DNA from: Bacillota bacterium
Lineage (GTDB): Bacteria > Bacillota > Sulfobacillia > Fermentithermobacillales > Fermentithermobacillaceae
Direction: 5' to 3'
NCBI GenBank assembly: GCA_040766745.1
Contig: JAXGPX010000001.1
Location: 432,065 to 496,064, forward strand
Length of the DNA: 64,000 bases
Below, piece by piece: positions 39,667 through 48,900 of the stretch. Positions within the stretch are counted from its first letter, which is position 1. Every line of letters begins with the position of its first letter. A program made the position numbers and the translations under genes. The notes beneath the pieces were generated by a model. The model was not told the DNA's origin. It was given only the letters and a program-made list of their open reading frames with translations, and did not search any database.

Positions 39667-40740
39667 GTGGACACAAAAACGGAACTGCCCGGGAAATTGC
39701 ATACAAAGACAAAAGAACCATACAGCCGCAGAAGGGCTTTATTGCTTCTTGCAGTGACCCTGGGAGTTTCCCTAATGTTTTCACTGCATCTCTCAGGATG
39801 TACAAGGCGTGCCACGCCCCCGCCTGTGGCTGTTGATCCCGCCCCAGGCCCGGAAACGCCCCCTTCAGAGCCTGAGGCACCTGAAGTGGAGCATCTTGAA
39901 GGCTTGTTTCTGGTCAGTATCGGGAACAATCCAAGCGGTAGGCCACCATCAGGCCTTAAAGAGGCGGCTGTGGTGTTTGAAGTTCCGGCTGAAGGCGGAA
40001 TAACCCGGCTTATGGCCGGCTTTAGCACGAAAGTGGGCAAAATCGGGCCGGTAAGAAGTGCTAGAAAACCTCTGGTTCAATTAGCTGTAGGGTTTGATAC
40101 TCCATTTGCCCATTGCGGAGGATCTGACGACAGTTTCGAGATAATCAGGACTAACAACACCAAGAGCATGGATGATATCTATTCTGCCGGTGAATGTTTC
40201 TGGAGAAGTAATGACAGGTCTGCCCCGGATAACTTGTATACCTCTACAGATAAGCTGATACAGGGTGCTGCCAAGCGAAGTTTTGGAGTTTCCATTCCTG
40301 ATTTCTACCAGGTAGGCACTTTATCGGGTGCGCCGGCTCTGTACATAGCACATGAGTTCTCTAATAGCACCAAATATCCTAACCTGGTCGAGTACCGGTA
40401 TCAATCGTCATCATATGTTCGCTTGATAAATGGACAGGAGCACGTAAATGATAATGGCGAATCTATTGCTCCGGCGGCCCTGGTATTCTTACAAGTCAAA
40501 ACAACATATCCCACAGGAAAAGCCATAGAAGTTGATATGGACGTTACCGGCCAGGGAAAGGCCCTGTTTTTCTCAAACGGCGTAATGTGTGAAGGCACCT
40601 GGGAGAAACCGTCGTTGAAAGATCCTATACGGCTCAATGTAGGCAGCAACGGAGCAGGCCTGGAGGAAGGGATGATATGGATTCATCTTGTACCTGACCT
40701 GGCAAAGGTAGTAGTTAGCGAATCTCTTGATCACAGGTAA
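39667..40740 (+). CDS. DUF3048-family lipoprotein
   Basis: Lipobox LSGC, a Pro-rich linker, then the conserved core (AAVVFEVPAEGGITRLMA...GPVRSAR...). GTG 39667 has AAAGGAGA 7 nt upstream. Confidence 0.72.
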   Translation: MDTKTELPGKLHTKTKEPYSRRRALLLLAVTLGVSLMFSLHLSGCTRRATPPPVAVDPAPGPETPPSEPEAPEVEHLEGLFLVSIGNNPSGRPPSGLKEAAVVFEVPAEGGITRLMAGFSTKVGKIGPVRSARKPLVQLAVGFDTPFAHCGGSDDSFEIIRTNNTKSMDDIYSAGECFWRSNDRSAPDNLYTSTDKLIQGAAKRSFGVSIPDFYQVGTLSGAPALYIAHEFSNSTKYPNLVEYRYQSSSYVRLINGQEHVNDNGESIAPAALVFLQVKTTYPTGKAIEVDMDVTGQGKALFFSNGVMCEGTWEKPSLKDPIRLNVGSNGAGLEEGMIWIHLVPDLAKVVVSESLDHR

Positions 40741-40877
40741 AAAAGTATTCAAAGAAGGGCCGTCAGAAAGAAGGAAGGCAGGGTCTGAATATAGAAGTAG
40801 TGACTTTGGCATGTTCGCTTTTATGAATAGCCGGTTGATAATTACGGCTAAAAGTAACTAATCGGAGGTCCTCAAAC

Positions 40878-41765
40878 ATGGAAAGAATCAGAGTATGCGT
40901 TGTAGGTTACGGCAACGTAGGCAAAGAAGCAGTTGAGTGTGTGAAACAGGCTCCCGACATGGAACTTGCAGGTGTAGTTGAGGTTCTGGATGTCCCCAAT
41001 CCAGGCGTTCCCCTCGTCAAGCGTGTTGAGGATTTAGAGCGAGTAGACGTAGCCGTGATGACTATTCCCTCCCGCCTGGTTCCCAAAGTAGCCCCTTCAT
41101 ATCTTGAAAAAGGTATTAACACTGTGGATGGCTACGATATTCACGGTGATTCAATGGTTGCTCTACGAAAGCAGCTTGACAAGTGTGCCAAAGAGAACGG
41201 CCGGGCTGCAGTGATAGGCTCAGGATGGGATCCAGGTACTGACTCGGTTGTTCGCATGCTGTTCATGGCTATAGCTCCACACGGCATTACGTACACGAAT
41301 TTCGGCCCTGGTATGAGCATGGGACACAGTGTAGCCGCCAAATCAATACCAGGAGTGAAAGATGCAATGTCCTTGACCCTCCCAGCAGGGTATGGGCAGC
41401 ACAACCGTGACGTTTATGTGCAACTTGAAGAAGGCGCTGATTTCCAGGAAATCGCAGCAAAGATCAAGGCTGACCCATATTTTGTCAACGACGTTACAAG
41501 GGTCACTCAGGTTGACGATGTGGCCAAGGTCAAGGTCATGGGCCACGGCGTTAGGCTAGAGAGAATGGGCAGTTCAGGCACGGCCCACAATCAAACCCTT
41601 GAGTTGAAGCTGAGGCTTACCAATCCTTCAGCCACTGCTCAGATCATGGTTTCTGCAGCCCGTGCTTCTATGCGCCTCAATCCGGGGTGCTATGTTCTCG
41701 GAGAGATTCCTCCTATAGATCTCCTGCCAGGTGATCGTGAGACTCTGGTCAAGAATTTGATCTAG
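40878..41765 (+). CDS. ddh: meso-Diaminopimelate D-dehydrogenase
   Basis: N-terminal Rossmann motif VVGYGNVGK, a length of about 295 aa and an internal GWDPG motif typical of Ddh. GGAGG RBS. Confidence 0.82.
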   Translation: MERIRVCVVGYGNVGKEAVECVKQAPDMELAGVVEVLDVPNPGVPLVKRVEDLERVDVAVMTIPSRLVPKVAPSYLEKGINTVDGYDIHGDSMVALRKQLDKCAKENGRAAVIGSGWDPGTDSVVRMLFMAIAPHGITYTNFGPGMSMGHSVAAKSIPGVKDAMSLTLPAGYGQHNRDVYVQLEEGADFQEIAAKIKADPYFVNDVTRVTQVDDVAKVKVMGHGVRLERMGSSGTAHNQTLELKLRLTNPSATAQIMVSAARASMRLNPGCYVLGEIPPIDLLPGDRETLVKNLI

Positions 41766-41778
41766 CAGAAATTCTGGT

Positions 41779-41819
41779 GAGTTCGGTAGCCTTCATGGTA
41801 TATCTAGGCTACCGAACTC
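41779..41819 (+). terminator. 13-bp hairpin downstream of ddh
   Basis: GAGTTCGGTAGCC (41779-41791) pairs with GGCTACCGAACTC (41807-41819), 14 nt after the ddh stop. No strong U-tract. Confidence 0.45.
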
Positions 41820-41954
41820 CACCATAAGTTCAAGGGTGAACAGTGCCGCAGAACCGTGGTTTTCGACTGGCTATCCTCCCCGGCTGTCAAAGGATATACG
41901 AGTAACAGGGCCAAAGGGTTAGAGGCCCTTTCATTGTGATTCGTCAGTCTACAG

Positions 41955-42908
41955 CTAGGGTGTCAGTACTGTTCCGGTTTCTCCCCTGGCTGCTTCCTCG
42001 GCTCTATCCAAAGAGGCAATTACTGCGTATTTTCCGCCATTTTGGATAAATCGTATGATTGACCGGATTTTAGGGCCCATGCTTCCGGCCAGAAAATGGC
42101 CTTCGCCCAAATACCCCGTAAGGCCTTGTACTGTTACACGGCCTAGCCAGGTCTGGCCTCGGGTTGTATAATCCAGAGCTGCGCCATTTACATCGGTGAG
42201 GATCATCAGGCTGTCTGCTCCAAGAGATGAAGCAAGCCTTTCGGTGCTAAGGTCTTTTTCAATCACGGCTTCCACGCCCTGGAGGGATCCATCCTTACCC
42301 ATGAAGACCGGAATGCCTCCCCCGCCGCTGCAGATAACAATATGGCCTTGCTCGACCAATGTCTTGATGGACGGAGTCTCAACTATATATTTGGGTTCAG
42401 GAGAGGGTACTACCCTTCTCCAACCTCGCCCTGCATCTTCAATCCACGTTTCTCCGTACTCCCTTATTCTTTCTTGAGCTTTTTCTTCTCCGTAAAAGGG
42501 GCCTACAGGTTTCGTTGGATTGCTAAAGGCAGGATCGTTTAGGTCTACCAGGGTTTGAGTAACAATTGTGGCTACAGGCATCTCGAGATTTCGCTGTCTG
42601 AGGGCGTTTCGCATGTACATCTGCAGCATGTAGCCGATCATCCCCTGGCTCTGGGCACCACAGATATCCATAGGCATATCTGGGACTCTATTTCGGCCTG
42701 CTTCGTTTTGAATGAGGATGTTACCGACCTGTGGCCCGTTACCGTGGGTAATCACCAGCCGGTACCCTTGTTGAACAAGATTAGCTAGCTGGTTTGCAGT
42801 TCTTTCTACGTTTCTTCTTTGATCCCTGGCTGTACCCTTATCGCCTTTTTGCAGAATAGCGTTTCCACCCAGGGCAACTACCATTGTTTGCATTATGTTT
42901 GCCTCCAA
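41955..42908 (-). CDS. arcC: Carbamate kinase
   Basis: Amino-acid kinase fold with a typical carbamate kinase N-terminus (VVALGGNAIL...ITHGNGPQVG) and C-terminus. About 310 aa. Confidence 0.9.
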   Translation of the reverse strand: MEANIMQTMVVALGGNAILQKGDKGTARDQRRNVERTANQLANLVQQGYRLVITHGNGPQVGNILIQNEAGRNRVPDMPMDICGAQSQGMIGYMLQMYMRNALRQRNLEMPVATIVTQTLVDLNDPAFSNPTKPVGPFYGEEKAQERIREYGETWIEDAGRGWRRVVPSPEPKYIVETPSIKTLVEQGHIVICSGGGGIPVFMGKDGSLQGVEAVIEKDLSTERLASSLGADSLMILTDVNGAALDYTTRGQTWLGRVTVQGLTGYLGEGHFLAGSMGPKIRSIIRFIQNGGKYAVIASLDRAEEAARGETGTVLTP

Positions 42909-42919
42909 GAGGTAAGTGA

Positions 42920-44140
42920 TTATGCTTTACCAAGAGCCCTCAATAAGGAACGTGCTATTAAGTCCCATATTACTCTGAAGAAATTCCCTTTTGGAACATC
43001 GTCTTTGGCTGTCAGTTCCATCCTCCCTATTTCCTGGCCTTCGCAGGTAAATACTACTTCACCGATCTTCATGCCCTTGTGGACTGGGGCTTCAAGTTCT
43101 GTATCAAGAACCACCTCGTAGGTCACCTTGTCTTCCTTGCCTTTTTCGACTGTCGCCCCAAGTCCAGCCGGGGCTATCGCTTCGGCCCATTTGCCCTTAC
43201 CTTTCCATATCCGGGCCTTGCCCATACCTGTGTTTGGCTCTGCCACTTTAACATAAGAGAAGTTCTTGTACGCATAGTCAAGCATTGAACTTACCAGAGC
43301 AGATCTTTCCTTTTCGCCTGCATCAATTGATTTTCCTCTTGCAGATCCTAGAATGACGGCTATGGTGTAAAATCCGTCTCTGTCTGCCAGAGCCACCATG
43401 TTGAAACCTGCGCGGGTAGTAAACCCTGTCTTTAGCCCGTAGACTCCGGGATATGACCAGAGGAGCCTATTTCTGTTGAACTGTGTAATGGGCTTTTCTC
43501 CCGGAGGAGTATAGGTGAATTCTTTAAGTGAATGGAACTGCATAGCTTCTGGGAATCTCGCCTGGTATGCGCTGACCAGAGTGAGAAGGTCATGGGCAGA
43601 CACTCGATTATCATCAGAAAGCCCATGGGGATCTACGAAATGGGTATCAGTAAGCCCTAGAGACTGTGCTTGGAGATTCATTCTGTCTACAAACGAGGTT
43701 ACGTTCCCTGAAATATGTTCTGCCAACGCTACACATGCGTCATTACCTGATGCAATAGTAATTCCCTGTATCAGATCACTTACTCTTGCTTTGGTTCCAA
43801 CCAGCAAGAACATTTTTGAACCGCCGGTTCGCCATGCATCTTCTGATATTGAGACTTCATCATCGAAAGACAGCTTTCCCTGGGAAATCTCATCAAAAGC
43901 AATGAATAAGGTCATGATTTTTGTAAGGCTTGCGGGAACTTGGGGACTGTGAATATCTTTTGACATGAACACCCTGCCTGTCTTGAGGTCAGCAAGCAGG
44001 TAGCTGTCTGCGGCTATCTCGGGAGGTTCAGGTGCTGCGTATGCCGCCCCGTAGCCGAAAAACAAGGGAAAAATAAGTTGGAAGACAAAAGTAAGTACAG
44101 ATACAACAATCAAACTTGAACCTGGTTTTGATCTAGACAT
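42920..44140 (-). CDS. D-alanyl-D-alanine carboxypeptidase (peptidase S11) with C-terminal PBP5-like domain
   Basis: SxxK (PASLTKIMT), SxN (IASGND) and KTG (LKTGFT) motifs, plus a signal anchor. Confidence 0.88.
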   Translation of the reverse strand: MSRSKPGSSLIVVSVLTFVFQLIFPLFFGYGAAYAAPEPPEIAADSYLLADLKTGRVFMSKDIHSPQVPASLTKIMTLFIAFDEISQGKLSFDDEVSISEDAWRTGGSKMFLLVGTKARVSDLIQGITIASGNDACVALAEHISGNVTSFVDRMNLQAQSLGLTDTHFVDPHGLSDDNRVSAHDLLTLVSAYQARFPEAMQFHSLKEFTYTPPGEKPITQFNRNRLLWSYPGVYGLKTGFTTRAGFNMVALADRDGFYTIAVILGSARGKSIDAGEKERSALVSSMLDYAYKNFSYVKVAEPNTGMGKARIWKGKGKWAEAIAPAGLGATVEKGKEDKVTYEVVLDTELEAPVHKGMKIGEVVFTCEGQEIGRMELTAKDDVPKGNFFRVIWDLIARSLLRALGKA

Positions 44141-44190
44141 GGCCCTCTACCTCCAGTACATGTTATACCATATCGAGGGGGAGTTCTGAA

Positions 44191-44643
44191 ATGTATCTTG
44201 TGTCATCTTGCTTATGTGGTAATCACTGCCGTTACAATGGCTCTGCAGGGGATCTTAAGCGGTATCATGCCATTCAAAGGTTTCTGGCTCAAGGGCTGGC
44301 AGTGCCTGTGTGCCCTGAGGTTCTGGGAGGCCTGGCCGTTCCACGCCAACCAGCCGAGATTTGCGGCGGAACAGGGGCAGGTGTGCTTCAAGGCAAATCA
44401 AGAGTGGTGAACGCAACCGGAGACGACGTGACTGCTAACTACGTTTCAGGCGCCTGGAGAAGTCTTCTGATTGGCCTTGAAACAGGCTGCACCAAGGCAG
44501 TTCTAAAAGCAAGAAGCCCGGCATGCGGCGCAGGCTTAATATACGATGGCAAATTTCAGAAAAACCTCATACTAGGAGACGGGGTTCTTGCTGCCTTATT
44601 GAAAGCCCATGGGTTTATTGTATTTAGTGACGAAGATTTCTGA
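44191..44643 (+). CDS. DUF523-family Cys-rich protein (TudS-like fold)
   Basis: Pattern VSSCLCGNHCRYNG...CPEVLGGLAVPRQPAE...ARSPACG is typical of DUF523. GGGGGAG RBS. Confidence 0.75.
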   Translation: MYLVSSCLCGNHCRYNGSAGDLKRYHAIQRFLAQGLAVPVCPEVLGGLAVPRQPAEICGGTGAGVLQGKSRVVNATGDDVTANYVSGAWRSLLIGLETGCTKAVLKARSPACGAGLIYDGKFQKNLILGDGVLAALLKAHGFIVFSDEDF

Positions 44644-44695
44644 AGTACTGAATAGCCATTCGAAAGGCCAAAACTAAAACGAACCGGAAATGAAA

Positions 44696-44782
44696 TGGTG
44701 CCGAAGGTGGGATTTGAACCCACACAGGCGTACGCCTACGGCGCCCTGAACACCGCGTGTCTGCCTATTCCACCACTTCGGC
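44696..44782 (-). tRNA. tRNA-Leu (anticodon CAG)
   Basis: Hand-folded cloverleaf. Acceptor stem GCCGAAG/CTTCGGC, anticodon stem CGGTG/CGCCG with loop TTCAGGG, a long variable arm, T-arm GTGGGTTCAAATCCCAC, and an encoded CCA. Confidence 0.9.
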
Positions 44783-44794
44783 ACGTCAAAGGAT

Positions 44795-44823
44795 AGTTTA
44801 GCATAGGAATTTACTGTTTACAA
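44795..44823 (-). promoter_or_regulatory. Candidate promoter of tRNA-Leu(CAG) (TTGTAA-17 nt-TAAACT)
   Basis: On the minus strand, -35 is at 44818-44823 and -10 at 44795-44800. The -10 ends 12 nt upstream of the mature tRNA 5' end. Confidence 0.4.
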
Positions 44824-44881
44824 CCGGTTATTCAGTTCTAGCACAATTGTTATAGTTGAAAAGGAGTCTGCAAATTCGTGT

Positions 44882-44910
44882 TTGCATTTTGTCAGGCAGT
44901 ATCTGAGAAT
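44882..44910 (+). promoter_or_regulatory. Candidate promoter (TTGCAT-17 nt-GAGAAT) preceding the structured element
   Basis: -35 TTGCAT (44882-44887) and -10 GAGAAT (44905-44910). This predicts a transcription start near 44917, at the start of the GC-rich element. Confidence 0.3.
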
Positions 44911-44917
44911 CTGAAGA

Positions 44918-45140
44918 AGGAGTCAGGAGGACTCACATCATAAACCCCGCCATGCCGTGAACCCGGAAGGCATTGAACCTGCCCTCAGCAGGTGGGTGCC
45001 CTCCTGTGTGCTTCTGTGCTTTCGCTCGAAGGCGACCTGCACTCCGCCCATCAGCGTCCAGGCTCCCTGTGTCACGGTGTTGGCTCAATCTTCACCGTGA
45101 TTCACGCACATAGCAGGGTGTGCTGCAGACAATGTCTTTT
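44918..45140 (+). ncRNA. Unclassified GC-rich structured RNA candidate (leader of folT or independent sRNA)
   Basis: About 220 nt, visibly much more GC-rich than the AT-rich flanks, with no ORF of 60 aa or more in any frame. Nested helices are listed in the corresponding finding. G-U pairs favour the plus strand. Confidence 0.35.
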
Positions 45141-45338
45141 GGCAACTTGATTCTAACACTGGTACAGGCTGCTTTGCAATAGTCAGAAAATATAGGCATG
45201 TGGTGTAGTCACAAACCACCTTCTTCCACTCTTCAGATGACCACAAGCCGATTTATGTAGCCTTGAACATCTGATATACTTGTCTGGCAGACGAACACAA
45301 GCATAATTTCAAGAACCGAAACCAAAAGGGGTGGGTTT

Positions 45339-45893
45339 GTGAAACGCACACGTTCTCTGGCTATTACAGGCCTCTTGATAGCTTTATCTGTGATTTTGAC
45401 CAGATTTGCGTCTTTCAGAGTGGCCATTGGCGGAGTAGAAGGAATCAGGATAGGGTTCGGGTCAATGCCCAACATTGTTGCAGGAATTGTCCTTGGCCCA
45501 TGGCACGGAGCCATATCCGGTGCTTTTTCAGATATTTTGGGCTTCATGCTTAGCCCCATGGGCGGTGGGTATATGCCCCATTTTACTTTGTCATCGGCAC
45601 TCATGGGTGCTATTCCAGGAATGGTATTTAGGCTTTTCAATCAAAGTAGGGAGCGGTCTCAGGCCTCGATTCTTCATCTTGGTATATCTGTTTTATGCGG
45701 GATTGGGGTTGTATCGTGCGGACTTACGCCATACTTCCTCCATTCGCTATTCGGAATGGACTACCGGGTGATCATGCCTCCGAGAATATTGGCCGGAGCC
45801 ATCGAGACACTGACTTACTCTATGGTACTCAAGACTATATACAGTCCGGTAACAAGGATTACATTGAAAACTCATGCATCTGCATACAAGTAA
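45339..45893 (+). CDS. folT: ECF transporter S component, folate family (FolT-like)
   Basis: Six-TM small protein whose pattern LIALSVILTRF...IGFGSMPNIVAGIVLGPWHGAISGAFSDILGF...PHFTLSSALMGAIPG resembles FolT. GTG start with AAAAGGGGTGG upstream. No ecfA/ecfT genes nearby, as is usual for group II ECF systems. Confidence 0.7.
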   Translation: MKRTRSLAITGLLIALSVILTRFASFRVAIGGVEGIRIGFGSMPNIVAGIVLGPWHGAISGAFSDILGFMLSPMGGGYMPHFTLSSALMGAIPGMVFRLFNQSRERSQASILHLGISVLCGIGVVSCGLTPYFLHSLFGMDYRVIMPPRILAGAIETLTYSMVLKTIYSPVTRITLKTHASAYK

Positions 45894-45903
45894 AGTAAAC
45901 GGT

Positions 45904-45941
45904 AACGGCCGGTTCAAACACAAATCTGTGTTCCGGCCGTT
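45904..45941. terminator. Bidirectional terminator-like hairpin between convergent folT and polC
   Basis: AACGGCCGG (45904-45912) pairs with CCGGCCGTT (45933-45941). An inner AACACA/TGTGTT extension is also present. Confidence 0.45.
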
Positions 45942-45990
45942 TGTGTGGTTCTCTCCGGAGTAGTTGCTCCAAAACCCATGCCAACTTTAA

Positions 45991-48900
45991 TCAGAACAGG
46001 GCCAACTGGGCAGTTTCTGACAACCCATCGAAGAGCCCGTGTTCCCTCATTGCCTCACATACTTTCTTTCCAAGGCCTGTCCTTCTTCTGAAATCTTCAA
46101 CAGAGTCGAACTGGCCGTCGTCTCTTGCCCTGACAATAGCCATAGCAGCCTGGTTTCCCAGGCCCGGAATCGAGGTAAACGGCGGAATGAGTTCTGAGCC
46201 TTCCGGTATGTATCTCGTGGGTTGTGACACATAAAGGTCATGTTTTCCGAATGAGAAGCCTCTTTCCACCATTTCCAGGGCCAGTTCAAGGGCTCCGGCA
46301 ACATCTTGTTCTCTGGCCGTTGAATTGGGGTTTCCATTGACTTTTTGTATGTACTCTTGCCAATCTCTAGGGTCAAGATACATAAAGTCTGTGGTCAGAG
46401 AAGCGCCTGCAAATGAAAAATATGTTGAATAGTAAGCCAGAGGGTGATGGACCTTAAAGTATGCTATTCTGAACGAGTTTGTCACGTACGCTGCGGCATG
46501 GGCCTTTGGGAAAAGGTAACTGATCTTCTTACATGATTCAATATACCAGTCAGGCACTGATACTGCTTTCATTTTGTCTATGTCATCACCTGAAAGCGGT
46601 TTGCCCTTTCTTACTTTCTCGGCTATTCCGAAAGCCGATGCCGGCTCTACACCAAGCTTCATCAAGTGCAAAAATATATCTTCGCGAGAGGCTATCACTT
46701 GATCGAGAGTGGCAACCTTGTCTCTGATCAGATCCCGGGCGTTATTAGCCCACACATCGGTTCCGTGGGAAAGCCCTGAAATCCTGACCAGGTCGGCAAA
46801 GCATTTTGGCTTTGTTTCAGACAGCATGTTCCGGACAAACCTGGTCCCGAATTCGGGAATTCCAATAACTTTATCTTGGTCGTCGCCTGAAAACAGTTTG
46901 AGGGTGTCCGGGTCGTTCATAGGTATTTTCGTTGGATCGACGCCTGTCAGCTCATGAAGGATCTTGAGCACAGTGGGATCGTCGTGGCCTAGAATATCGA
47001 CTTTGACCAGGTGCCCGGAGATGGAATTGTAGTCAAAGTGGGTGGTTATAGACCCTGAGTTCCGGTCGTCCGCAGGGTACTGCAGGGGTGTGAAATCAAG
47101 AACATCCATGCCCTTTGGTATAACCATGACTCCCCCTGGGTGCTGGCCGGTTGTACGTTTTACTCCCTCGATTCCCTTTGACAGCCTTACTTCTTCAGCT
47201 CGCCTAAATACTTTGCCTTTGCTTTCGGCATAGTGTTTCACAAAACCGAATGCTGTTTTCCTTGCAATTGTCCCAATAGTTCCAGCCCTGAACACATTTT
47301 TGTCGCCTAGCAGTTCAGAAGCAAATTTGAACATCTCACCTTGCTCTTCCCCTGAAAAGTTCAGGTCGATGTCAGGTACTTTTTCTCCTGTAAACCCCAT
47401 AAAAGTTTCAAATGGTATGTCCTGGCCGTCCCTTACAAGTTCCTCGCCACATTCAGGGCATTTCATAGAGGGCAAATCAAATCCCGATCCACATGATCCA
47501 TCTTGGATGAATGTATTCCAGTGGCATTTCGGGCACACATAATGTGGCGGCAGAGGATTGACTTCTGTGATCCCGGTAAACATGGCCACCAACGATGAAC
47601 CTACAGAGCCACGGGACCCTACAAGATATCCGTCTCTCATAGATTTTTTAACCATTTTTATGGCGATAAGGTACAGAGAAGAAAATCCGTTTCCTATGAT
47701 GGCAGACAGTTCCTTATCTATGCGCTTTCGGACAATATCGGGCAGATTCTTGCCAAATACTTGTTTTGCTCCTGCCTCAGTTAGTTCTTTCAAGATTTCA
47801 TCAGAGTTCTCTAAAATCGGATAGAAGAAACCTTCTGGAATTGGAGTCACGTTTTCTATTGAATTAGCTATGGCCTGAGGATTGGTGATTACCACTTCCC
47901 TGGCCGCTTCTTTGCCCAAATATGATTCAACTTCTGATAGGAATTCACCGGTTGTTCTCAGATACAGAGGTACTGGCCTTTCGCCGTTTTCGCCCATGCC
48001 TTTACCTGAAAGGAGCAAGGTTCTGTATATCTCGTCTTCCGGGTCCACGTAGTGGACGTCGCCTGTGGCTACGCAGGGTTTGCCTAGTTTCTTGCTCAGA
48101 TCGTAGATTCTGCGGTTGATCTTGATTAGGCCTTCTTCACCTGAGACAGCTCCTGTCTCTATAAGGAATGAGTTATTGGTCAGAGGTTGAATTTCAAGGT
48201 AATCGTAAAAAGCGGCGATCTTCTCCAACTCCTGATCGGCCTTTCCAGACAAAACCGCTCTATATAGCTCGCCTGCTTCGCAAGCCGACCCAATGATTAA
48301 GCCCTCTCTCCTATCGGATAGAATCTGCCTTGGTATCCTAGGAGTTCTGTAAAAATGTTTAAGATGGGATATAGTCACCAGTTCATATAGGTTTCTAAGG
48401 CCTTGTTTGTTCTTTGCCAGCAAAATAATGTGGAATGCTTGTCCCTTTTCATCATCTTCGACCAGGTAGCCTTCTAACCCGAACAGTATTTTGATGCCAT
48501 ACTTTTTCCCCAGGTGGAATGCTTCAGGAAAAGCTTGTATTATCCCGTGGTCTGTAACTGCCATCGCCTGGTGCCCCCACCGTGCAGCAGTCGCTACAGC
48601 CTTATCTAGTTCCAGGACTGAGTCTAGGGCACTCATCTTTGTGTGCAGATGGAGTTCAACACGCTTTTCCGGAGATGGATCTTGCCTCAACTCAGGAACG
48701 GTTGCGCAAAGATCATTACACATGAGTACAGGTTCAGAGTCCAGACGGTCAAGCCTGGCCCGACCCCTAGCCAGTACCCAGGTACCTTCTTTGATTTCGT
48801 CTATTTTTCCTTCCTTTGGGAAGATTCTTACATTGATTGAATCGGAGTTGTCTGCTAGTACAAAGGACCCGTAAATATCGCCTGACTGGGCCTGTCTCCA

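Noticed and set aside
40807-40822. TGGCATGTTCGCTTTT upstream of ddh as a -24/-12 promoter.
   Set aside because: The GC dinucleotide lies 3 nt too close to the GG. The sigma-54 spacing is strict.
41820-41954. Possible small RNA in the convergent ddh/arcC spacer (AAAGGG-N7-CCCTTT hairpin near 41915-41935).
   Set aside because: This is most simply explained as the terminators of the two convergent genes. There is no promoter-like element and no extended structure.
44918-45140. Attempts to classify the GC-rich element as SRP/4.5S RNA, a TPP riboswitch, a THF-I riboswitch, 6S RNA or a hammerhead ribozyme.
   Set aside because: There is a CCCGGAAGG tetraloop-like string but no AGCAGC/GGAAGCAGC SRP domain IV signature. 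TGAACCTG and GGGTGCCC resemble pieces of the THI box, but CTGAGA and the correct order are missing. I saw no match to the THF-I core as I remember it. The ends do not pair as they should in 6S RNA. On the minus strand CTGATGG deviates from CUGAUGA at an essential position, and GAAA is not adjacent to stem II.
45140-45155. Sigma-54-like string TGGCAACTTGATTCTA upstream of folT.
   Set aside because: The -12 element would be TTCT instead of TTGC, so the invariant GC dinucleotide is absent.
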